Shown one piece after another: positions 1 to 6,622 of a DNA stretch of 36,540 nt. Position numbers and translations under genes: made by a program. The stretch is taken from positions 1 through 36,540 of the IMG/VR virus record IMGVR_UViG_3300047669_001410. One strand, written 5' to 3'. Source of the DNA: a virus (taxonomy: Duplodnaviria > Caudoviricetes). Each line of letters opens with the position of its first letter. The stretch's first letter is position 1. The notes beneath the pieces were generated by a model. The model was not told where the DNA came from and made no database searches. It was given only the letters and a program-made list of their open reading frames with translations.

Positions 1-155
1 TTTCAATAACGTTTAACAAGTTTAAAGAACGTCTTAATAATCGTTCATCTTTTCCCCATGTTTCGTTTTCCATGTTTTTTAATACAATTAAAAATTCAGC
101 TAGCTTTGGAAGAGATGAATAAATGTGAGTTTGCTCAAATTGTATAAACGTTTGC
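1..155 (+). repeat. Terminal direct repeat, copy 1 (circular assembly overlap)
   Basis: Bases 1-155 match 36386-36540 except A29 vs G36414, and a reading frame continues across the join. Confidence 0.95.
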
Positions 156-715
156 TTAACCATCGTGTCTGGATAATGCTGTAAAGCGTCATAGTATGCT
201 GTCATGCCAATTGGCTCTGGCATTTCTTTAATCATCATTGTCGCTCTAAAATTATCAAAATATATAGCAATTGTTTTTCTATATTTTTCTTGAGAAGCGA
301 GATCGTGATAAGGAATTAAATCTTGTTGGTGTTTGTAAATTCTGTTTAACATCAACGTGCATTTTTCTTTAACTTTATAAAACTCGTTTTCATTTAGTTC
401 TCTAAATTTAGTTACCGTATCTGTTTGTGATAGATAATCCGTCAAAGAGTTTTTTTCTGTTAGGCTGAATGGTGGAACCAAACTTTTTGATTTGGGTCGG
501 AAGTCTTGTAACTGCCCGAAACGATTTTGCTTTTGTGTGTTTTCTAAAGGTTGCGTACCAACTTTTACGCTGAGTTGTTTTGCCTGGTCCTTCTGTCCAG
601 TAATCGATAAATTCTGCAAGCAAGTCTCTGGAGTTGATTGTTGGAAAGTCTTTTTCCAATCTATTGAACTCTTTATCTGTTGGAGTCCATGTTGTTGAGC
701 AATAGTTTCCTTCAT
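1..715 (-). CDS. Junction-spanning ORF, 5' part; C-terminal half resembles phage helicase loader/inhibitor (G39P/P-like) proteins
   Basis: Not in the ORF track. The frame is stop-free from ATG 715 (alternative starts TTG 445 or later) through base 1 and on to TGA 36353-36351, up to 249 aa. Contains YYDALQHYPDTMVKQTF...SLPKLAEFL, and its stop overlaps the next ATG (ATGA). Confidence 0.7.
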   Translation of the reverse strand, partial: MKETIAQQHGLQQIKSSIDWKKTFQQSTPETCLQNLSITGQKDQAKQLSVKVGTQPLENTQKQNRFGQLQDFRPKSKSLVPPFSLTEKNSLTDYLSQTDTVTKFRELNENEFYKVKEKCTLMLNRIYKHQQDLIPYHDLASQEKYRKTIAIYFDNFRATMMIKEMPEPIGMTAYYDALQHYPDTMVKQTFIQFEQTHIYSSLPKLAEFLIVLKNMENETWGKDERLLRRSLNLLNVIE

Positions 716-722
716 TTTTCAT
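408..722 (-). CDS. DnaT-like ssDNA-binding / replication initiator C-terminal domain protein
   Basis: Pattern W-T-P...LAEFIDYW...G...RKSWYATF is typical of DnaT DNA-binding and phage initiator C-terminal domains. AAGGA lies 7 nt upstream of the ATG. Confidence 0.65.
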   Translation of the reverse strand: MKNEGNYCSTTWTPTDKEFNRLEKDFPTINSRDLLAEFIDYWTEGPGKTTQRKSWYATFRKHTKAKSFRAVTRLPTQIKKFGSTIQPNRKKLFDGLSITNRYGN

Positions 723-1218
723 CTCTCCATCCTTTTGCTAATGCAATTAATGCTGCTTCTGCTCGGCCATCATCTTTTACTCTTTGCCAATATTCGTTTG
801 TTCCAAAGATTTTAGTTGCCATAGCTCGACTAGCATTTTTGTCTTTTGTTAATGCTAATTGTTTTTTCCAGCTTTGTGGACTAATTAATGTAATTTTATG
901 AGATAACCCAGCAAGCACTCCCTCAATTACACCTTTCGTTCTGCCAAATTTAAACATAGAAGCAACGCCTTGATTAGGCATCGAATGAACATCTTCTAAA
1001 ACAAAAAGAGAAATGTGATAGGGTCCCAAAGCTCGAGTGTGTCTTCTAATTATTGAAGACAGCATATAAGGGCATATATGTTTTTTGGTTTGCCCTGCTA
1101 ATACTGGAATATCGTTTATTACCATAATAGTTGGAGGATCTAACTTTATTGTTGCTACTGCCCCCGTCAATCCAGGGTCTATTCCCATAATAAATTTCAA
1201 GTTCTTGGCTCCGTTCAA
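712..1218 (-). CDS. ruvC: RuvC-like Holliday junction resolvase
   Basis: Motifs MGIDPGLTGAVA, VLEDVHSMPNQGVASMFKFG, PQSWKK and DGRAEAALIA. Confidence 0.9.
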   Translation of the reverse strand: MNGAKNLKFIMGIDPGLTGAVATIKLDPPTIMVINDIPVLAGQTKKHICPYMLSSIIRRHTRALGPYHISLFVLEDVHSMPNQGVASMFKFGRTKGVIEGVLAGLSHKITLISPQSWKKQLALTKDKNASRAMATKIFGTNEYWQRVKDDGRAEAALIALAKGWRDEK

Positions 1219-1567
1219 TTAAATCTTCAAGGCTTTCAAAGCCTAATGTAGTTGCCCAACACAAAAGAGCAAATTCAGAAGGACATCTGTTTCTGCATTC
1301 CCATTTGCTAACTAATCGCTCTGAATAGCCTAAATGTTCGTTTAAATTATCTTGTGTGATATTAAGATTTATTCTTTTTAATATCAGGCAAACAATTACT
1401 TCTTGTTTTAATTTGCCCCAACGAGTTATAAATATTTCTGATTTATCAGTTGGACAATAAGCTCCGGTTTTTAATTCTGTTGATTTTGTTACTTGTTTTT
1501 CTCTTAATTTAGAATTAAAAAGATGTCCCATAAATTCATTTGTGCAACAACTAATGTTTTTTTGCAA
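1046..1567 (-). CDS. XRE-family helix-turn-helix regulator (start uncertain)
   Basis: KRINLNITQDNLNEHLGYSERLVSKWECRNRCPS matches the HTH_3 pattern. The C-terminal tail overlaps ruvC. Confidence 0.75.
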   Translation of the reverse strand: MQKNISCCTNEFMGHLFNSKLREKQVTKSTELKTGAYCPTDKSEIFITRWGKLKQEVIVCLILKRINLNITQDNLNEHLGYSERLVSKWECRNRCPSEFALLCWATTLGFESLEDLIERSQELEIYYGNRPWIDGGSSNNKVRSSNYYGNKRYSSISRANQKTYMPLYAVFNN

Positions 1568-1618
1568 GCGTTATGGTGAATTTGTTTTAGAAAAAGTAGA
1601 TTTTATGCAATAACAAAT

Positions 1619-2308
1619 TTACCATATTGAAAGCTTATCCTGCGCCAAGGCTGAAGGTGACGATAAATAATCATAATCCCAAAGAATAGCTTGGGTTGTT
1701 ATATCCATTAATCTTGCTGACCACCCACCAATAAAAGTAGGGTTATCTGCTGTTATTTTAGCGTAATGTTTCATGCGTAGCGCAGAAAAATAACTTAAAA
1801 ACATTAAATATTCATGGCAATTGTTTCTGCCGTTAATGTGAGATCCTGATACTCCTTTTTTCTGAAGAGCATCTATAACATAAAGAAATCTAATATTTGT
1901 TTTGTTTCCGTAATGCCCGTCTTCAATTAAAGGAACATTATGTTTTAGATTATTAAAAGTTAATTGTGTTTTTTGCATATAATTAATTGTTTTTTGCAAT
2001 CTTTTAGTTGTTCCACGCAGACCTTGATTAATTGATCCGTCTAAAACAAGCAAAGCAAGACCACAATTCATTGACGATATGTTTAATGGGTTTCCATAAG
2101 TTTTAATTAAATAATTCCAAGCTGTATCTTTGTTAAGATTTAACAATTCTGCGCGAGTCATGTTTGTGCGGTTTAATGCAATGCCGTGATTAGTTTCTCC
2201 TCCAGAATCGTTAGGGTCGTGAACATAACCACCTTCCCATTGCTCAATTTTGTTGCGAATAAAAGCTAACTTTTGTTCTTCAATTCGGATAAAAGACAAT
2301 TGATCCAT
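1619..2308 (-). CDS. Endolysin, glycoside hydrolase family 108 with peptidoglycan-binding C-terminus
   Basis: EGGYVHDPNDSGGETNHGI catalytic motif, plus EDGHYGNKT and FIGGWSARL. Confidence 0.9.
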   Translation of the reverse strand: MDQLSFIRIEEQKLAFIRNKIEQWEGGYVHDPNDSGGETNHGIALNRTNMTRAELLNLNKDTAWNYLIKTYGNPLNISSMNCGLALLVLDGSINQGLRGTTKRLQKTINYMQKTQLTFNNLKHNVPLIEDGHYGNKTNIRFLYVIDALQKKGVSGSHINGRNNCHEYLMFLSYFSALRMKHYAKITADNPTFIGGWSARLMDITTQAILWDYDYLSSPSALAQDKLSIW

Positions 2309-2330
2309 ATTATTATCCTGTTTCTAGTTG

Positions 2331-2588
2331 TTATTTTTGGTTTTTATCTTTGTAAACAATATCTGTTATGTATTTAGAAAGGCTTAAATTTGAACTAGTT
2401 AAAAATAACCAAAATGGAGTAATTATATAACTAATAACAATAGCCGCAACAAACGTAGGGTTAACGTTAAGGCCCATTAAAATCCAAAAGATAATAAAAG
2501 TTGTAAGCATATGAAGAATGCAAAACACACCAACTCTTGCAGTAAATAATCGTAAAAATGTTGTTTTAAAGAAACTAGCGATAAACAT
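2331..2588 (-). CDS. Small membrane protein, holin candidate
   Basis: AGGAG precedes ATG 2588 (MFIASFF). Two hydrophobic segments and a charged C-terminus, directly upstream of the endolysin. Confidence 0.55.
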   Translation of the reverse strand: MFIASFFKTTFLRLFTARVGVFCILHMLTTFIIFWILMGLNVNPTFVAAIVISYIITPFWLFLTSSNLSLSKYITDIVYKDKNQK

Positions 2589-2596
2589 TGTGGCTC

Positions 2597-2701
2597 CTAA
2601 TCTAGTAATTCGTTTGCAGTCTCCCCTTGGCAACACATATCAATGTCTTTTCCGCAAGCGCATTGCAGTTTGCCGTTTACATAATGTTGTTGGTTGCTCA
2701 T
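2597..2701 (-). CDS. 34-aa Cys-rich peptide
   Basis: Manual translation: MSNQQHYVNGKLQCACGKDIDMCCQGETANELLD. Its stop overlaps the next SD. Confidence 0.55.
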   Translation of the reverse strand: MSNQQHYVNGKLQCACGKDIDMCCQGETANELLD

Positions 2702-2806
2702 GTTTTTAACACGCCCACATTTGCTGCATACAACAGGGGCTACAAAAGAAAGGGGTTTTATAGAATCTACCATTTTTAGATAATGAAATAACTAAATGCT
2801 AAAGAT

Positions 2807-2813
2807 TACGCAC
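2807..2813 (-). promoter_or_regulatory. GTGCGTA motif, putative late promoter for the lysis genes
   Basis: Intergenic. AAAAGTGCGTAA is identical to the copy before the tail fibre gene. Confidence 0.55.
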
Positions 2814-2830
2814 TTTTCATTTAAATTTAA

Positions 2831-3094
2831 TTAAATCTTTTTTTGTAGAATTTTAGACATAACTTTAACATCTTCATATAGCTCAAGAGCTTTTGTTATT
2901 TGTTTTTGAAGAGATTTAAGTTCTTCTTTTTTAAACCATAAACGAAGTTTTGTGTCTATAGATTCTGATTTTTCTTTAAGACGAACTGATTCACTAAGTG
3001 ACACAATAAACTTTAAATTTGTGTCAACACTTTCGTGGGGAGCAAATTTAACAGATGTGTGGTTAAAACTATTGGTTCCGTTGCATATAAACAT
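2831..3094 (-). CDS. Hypothetical protein
   Basis: 87-aa ORF with GGAGG SD, directly behind the upstream gene. Confidence 0.7.
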   Translation of the reverse strand: MFICNGTNSFNHTSVKFAPHESVDTNLKFIVSLSESVRLKEKSESIDTKLRLWFKKEELKSLQKQITKALELYEDVKVMSKILQKKI

Positions 3095-3095
3095 T

Positions 3096-4094
3096 TTATC
3101 CTCCTATATAATCGTTAAATATTTCATTGCTTACGCCTAAAAGCTCTACATAACCGGAATAATCTTCTGTTAACAAACTAAAAAAATTAAATTCTAAATC
3201 AATTCTTGTGTAATCTCCATTTTCTGATGAAATTTCTGATATAATTAAAGATTTTTCAACAAACCCATTATCTAATATCGTGGAATCATCCCAAGCCCAT
3301 TTTGAAAGGTTGCTGTCTACTACATTTTCTATTGGAGAACCAAATATTGCAAGTTCATCGCCTTCTGAAGGATCAAAATCTTCAATAATTGTTTCTCCCC
3401 AGCCGCCGCCTGTGGAGCTTTGTAAGCCGTCTAGCCTGTATATATTAAATGTATCTGCTCCGTTTCCTCCATATAACTTTATTGGTTCGCTGTTACTAGT
3501 TTTATGATGACTTATGTTGATTGTATCATCACCATTTCCTGCATCAATATATTCTCTTTTTTCCAAGACGAAGCCATTTGTTCCAACAAAATTAATAACA
3601 TCATTTCCTTCATGCGCTGAAAGAGCTGTGTTTCCAGAGGAAAAATCTATAACGTCATCGTTTATTGTTCCTTCAATTCTAGGCGAAACTGGATTAGCTC
3701 CAAAGCTTGAGTTATTTATTGTTAAATGAGACAAATTATCTGAAATAAAGCTCATTTCTGTTTGGTCATTCGTATAAAAGAATGATCCATTTTCATGTTG
3801 GTAACGTGCTACGCCACTTGTTGTGTCAGTAGTGAAAGCAATGCCTTCATAGTTCCATTCATTTGAAAGATTATCGATAATATTGTCTTTTTCAGTCTCG
3901 TCTGAAGAAAGAAGATGTCTGCCATCTATTTTATTAAAAAAGCGAAAAACGTTAACGTCGCCGTCAACAGTTTCCCATTTTGCTCCTTCGTAATTCCAAT
4001 CTGTGTTTTCCCTTAAACTGGCAATTTCATTTTTGTCTGTGGTGTAATGATGATTGGTTGATGTTGGGTTATAAAACCTGAATACTGTAGCCAT
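3096..4094 (-). CDS. DUF5648-repeat protein with RTX/hemolysin-type Ca-binding repeats
   Basis: Three repeats of VFRFYN...H.YT...E...WNYEG, the third degenerate. RTX-like IDAGNGDDTI and LYGGNGADTF, plus IIEDFDPSEGDEL. Confidence 0.8.
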   Translation of the reverse strand: MATVFRFYNPTSTNHHYTTDKNEIASLRENTDWNYEGAKWETVDGDVNVFRFFNKIDGRHLLSSDETEKDNIIDNLSNEWNYEGIAFTTDTTSGVARYQHENGSFFYTNDQTEMSFISDNLSHLTINNSSFGANPVSPRIEGTINDDVIDFSSGNTALSAHEGNDVINFVGTNGFVLEKREYIDAGNGDDTINISHHKTSNSEPIKLYGGNGADTFNIYRLDGLQSSTGGGWGETIIEDFDPSEGDELAIFGSPIENVVDSNLSKWAWDDSTILDNGFVEKSLIISEISSENGDYTRIDLEFNFFSLLTEDYSGYVELLGVSNEIFNDYIGG

Positions 4095-4107
4095 TTTTCA
4101 TCTCCTT

Positions 4108-4500
4108 TTAATATTCGCTAGGCAACATATAAGTAAAAGAATTAAGTTCGTTTTTAATCATCCAAATTGTTAGCATAAATTTAGGCAAATCAGCATAGCC
4201 GTAATATTGGCTAACAAAATGATTTCCGTTGCCATCGCTGATTCGCAAATTTGCGCCTTTTTCTGATGAGTTTTTTGATATAGTTGTTTCGTCTTGTTTT
4301 ATTATAGCAACTAGCATTGACTCAGCTTGCATTAATTTATTCTTATTGCCCGCTATAAGATGTGCATCAATATCTGTAATAAGCCAACTGCAATTACCTT
4401 TTTGGCAAAGGTGCATAATGCCTTCAGTAGCAATTGATTTAGAAAAAGCGTTAAATTTGAAAAATTCAGAACTTCCAGTAAATTGGTTTAATTCTAACAT
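4108..4500 (-). CDS. DUF6876-like protein
   Basis: LNQFTGS...TEGI..L...WL..DI...Q.YGYADLP...MLPSEY matches the family pattern as I recall it. AGGAG SD. Confidence 0.7.
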   Translation of the reverse strand: MLELNQFTGSSEFFKFNAFSKSIATEGIMHLCQKGNCSWLITDIDAHLIAGNKNKLMQAESMLVAIIKQDETTISKNSSEKGANLRISDGNGNHFVSQYYGYADLPKFMLTIWMIKNELNSFTYMLPSEY

Positions 4501-4562
4501 TTTTATGCTCCTGGTTGATTGTTAAAAAGGCACTTGATTGTTGAAATGGATGGCCGTCACGC

Positions 4563-4607
4563 AAAAAAAAAGGAACGACCCCACCCGTATTTTATGGGCA
4601 GGGCCGC
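4563..4607 (-). terminator. Rho-independent terminator closing the first early operon
   Basis: GCGGCCCTGCCC-9nt-GGGTGGGGTCGT stem with G-U pairs, followed by TCC and T9. Confidence 0.8.
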
Positions 4608-4616
4608 AGGGAGCTT

Positions 4617-5216
4617 TTATTTAAGACCTGACAATTGAGCGTTAACTTCGTTAGCTGTTAATTTGCGGCTTTCATGAGCTGGTTTCCAAGGCTCCCATTC
4701 TTTGCCCATTAACGATGAATAAATTTCTTTGCCAGCTTTAGCAAAAGAAACGGCAAGATGTCGTTCAAGCTCATTGGCTTGTTGCTGCGCTTTTAACCTT
4801 GCAAGCTCTACTGCGTCAATTTCACCTGTCGCTACTGCTCCAGCTCTGAATTTAGCACTTACTCGTAAAAGCATTGCCTCTCTTTCATTAATGCGTTTTT
4901 CTGCTCTATCACAATTTCCAATAATTGATGATGCAATTGTGCCGATAAAAAACGCTAAAGGAGGACGTGCTTCTTCGCCTACCATATATTCTCCCGAACA
5001 ATTAGTGTCCGATATTGATTTAAGCAAAGCCATAATGTCACGACAATCCTCAAGAATTACTTGCTCGGATTCCATGCAAGCTGCTCTTTCAAGCGATTCA
5101 TTCTTTTCATGCCGCGCTTGGAGAGCTTGTAAACTCTTTGGCTTATCTTTAGCAAAATTAAAAGCTTCTAAAAGTGATTGACCTTTTTTCTGAACAAATG
5201 ATGTATCTAAGCTCAT
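4617..5216 (-). CDS. Helical protein resembling the N-terminal region of alphaproteobacterial DUF2493-containing mobile-element proteins
   Basis: GEIDAVELARL...IYSSLMGKEWEPW...RKLTA resembles the G.E..SVELERL...TG..W.P...LTAA pattern, recognised from memory. Confidence 0.55.
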   Translation of the reverse strand: MSLDTSFVQKKGQSLLEAFNFAKDKPKSLQALQARHEKNESLERAACMESEQVILEDCRDIMALLKSISDTNCSGEYMVGEEARPPLAFFIGTIASSIIGNCDRAEKRINEREAMLLRVSAKFRAGAVATGEIDAVELARLKAQQQANELERHLAVSFAKAGKEIYSSLMGKEWEPWKPAHESRKLTANEVNAQLSGLK

Positions 5217-5395
5217 GATTTATCTCCTTTTGATGTAGATGAATTAACGTTATTTAAGCTGTCAGAAACAGTAATACTAAATGTATCTAACAATTCTTGA
5301 ACCACATCGCCCATAAAAACTGGCGAAGTTCCGCGAAATGAAGGTGAAGTTTCTTCAGCTAGATGATCTTGAATTTCTGAAATACTAAAAGCCAT
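5213..5395 (-). CDS. Small acidic early protein
   Basis: 60 aa with GGAG SD, and TAATG/ATGA overlaps with both neighbours. Confidence 0.7.
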   Translation of the reverse strand: MAFSISEIQDHLAEETSPSFRGTSPVFMGDVVQELLDTFSITVSDSLNNVNSSTSKGDKS

Positions 5396-5547
5396 TAACT
5401 TTCTCCATTCTTGCTGTCATGTAACTCGTTCAATTCGTTAACGTCACGTTTGAAGTTTATGTATGTGCAAATGGCTCCTGCAACAGCGTAACAAGCCATT
5501 AAAATCGATATGCTGTATACAAGGAAAGTAAGTACGAATGTAGTCAT
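5395..5547 (-). CDS. 50-aa single-TM membrane protein, first gene of the early operon
   Basis: Manual translation: MTTFVLTFLVYSISILMACYAVAGAICTYINFKRDVNELNELHDSKNGES. TAGGAG SD, and its stop overlaps the next start. Confidence 0.7.
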   Translation of the reverse strand: MTTFVLTFLVYSISILMACYAVAGAICTYINFKRDVNELNELHDSKNGES

Positions 5548-5586
5548 GATATTCTCCTAAGTTATTCCGATGCCCTATGCACCGGC

Positions 5587-5791
5587 GACCTCGGCGGTCC
5601 AGACTGCTAGGTGTAGTCAAGGGGTAAACTGCGTTTAGGTTTCTGCAAGGAGCTTATCGAAACTTTTGATGGGCAGGAATTACTCAGGGATAAGACAAGG
5701 TAATACTGAAATAAATCAATTAGTGCAGATTAGTGTATGAAGAATGCCGACCCCTTTACTTCACCGTTAAGTCTGGTACGATAAAGAGGTC
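5587..5791. promoter_or_regulatory. Long imperfect inverted repeat, Frpo/ssi-like ssDNA hairpin promoter
   Basis: 5587-5625 pairs with 5750-5791. The right arm has TTTACT-16nt-TACGAT with TGn, and the left arm has AGTCAA (complement of TTGACT). The -10 box falls in a mismatched bubble. Confidence 0.65.
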
Positions 5792-5940
5792 TGTGTGTGT
5801 AGTACTCTCACTCATAAAGTTCGATGTAATATCCTTTCTAAGTGTGACATAAATGCCAAATACAAAACTATTTTAAGTCGGTTAAAGTTAAGCAATGACT
5901 GAATACCTAGAGTTTTAATAAAGTGTGACAAAAGTACATC

Positions 5941-5970
5941 TTGACACTAATAAAGTAAGGGTTCACTAAT
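5941..5970 (+). promoter_or_regulatory. Possible sigma70 promoter for terS
   Basis: Perfect TTGACA at 5941-5946, but only a weak -10. Confidence 0.35.
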
Positions 5971-6014
5971 AACTCACTTTGTTGTTATCTACTTTAAGAT
6001 AAGATAAGGCAATC

Positions 6015-6443
6015 ATGAACAACGATTCATTCAATGCTCCTACTAAAGCAGTTCAACACGAATTAGATGAGCTAAGCTTGCGCTTAACTCCATTTCAGAA
6101 ACGATTCTGTGATGTCATGGCAATCGGTAATGTAAGATCCCGAAGCGAAGCAGTAAGATTAGCAGGAAGCAAGGCGAAACGACCAGCTTCAGTAGCTCAT
6201 AAACTCATGCAAAACACAGTAGTTTTGGAATATATAAGAAACGCAGTAATGAGTAAGCTTAATACAGACATGGTAAGTAGCGCAGTAGCTACGATGCAGC
6301 AATTAATCCATGAAGCAGACGAAGATAAGGTACGATTTGCAGCAGCAAAGGATACATTAGATCGTATGGGTATGAAAGTAATGGAAAGAAAGCATGTAAC
6401 TCACTCAGGAAGTGTAAGTGTACATATAGACTTAGGAGAATAA
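6015..6443 (+). CDS. terS: Terminase small subunit
   Basis: LTPFQKRFC...SEAVRLAGS...AHKLMQN HTH and VRFAAAKDTLDRMG. First gene of the structural arm. Confidence 0.75.
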   Translation: MNNDSFNAPTKAVQHELDELSLRLTPFQKRFCDVMAIGNVRSRSEAVRLAGSKAKRPASVAHKLMQNTVVLEYIRNAVMSKLNTDMVSSAVATMQQLIHEADEDKVRFAAAKDTLDRMGMKVMERKHVTHSGSVSVHIDLGE

Positions 6444-6570
6444 AAAAGAGAGAGTAAGCGTTTGCCGTAGATAGAGAGGGGGGGGGTTTAAAAACAGGAC
6501 TTATCTACACCGACTTCCCCTAGAGACACACGATATAAGCTTTTTCTATAGCTCTCAAAAAAAATATTTT

Positions 6571-6577
6571 GTGCGTA
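6571..6577 (+). promoter_or_regulatory. GTGCGTA motif, putative late promoter
   Basis: Intergenic, after an AT tract, 52 nt before the fibre ATG. Confidence 0.55.
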
Positions 6578-6622
6578 CAAATAGGAAAAATTATTTGTTA
6601 GTTCTTTATAAGCGGAGGATCA

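Noticed and set aside
1-155. 155-bp terminal repeat as a biological T7-like DTR
   Set aside because: It falls mid-gene, far from terS and the control region. The single mismatch is synonymous (CGT/CGC) and is followed by 126 identical bases, which fits an assembly overlap with a strain SNP.
4729-5181. Antisense ORFs in the track (e.g. 4729-5181, 27180-27608, 30413-30826)
   Set aside because: They lie opposite well-supported genes, have no recognisable motifs and break the two-arm strand organisation.
5560-5800. tRNA or known riboswitch in the structured intergenic region
   Set aside because: No T-loop/D-loop or aptamer consensus was recognised. The promoter boxes in the stem fit a DNA hairpin better.
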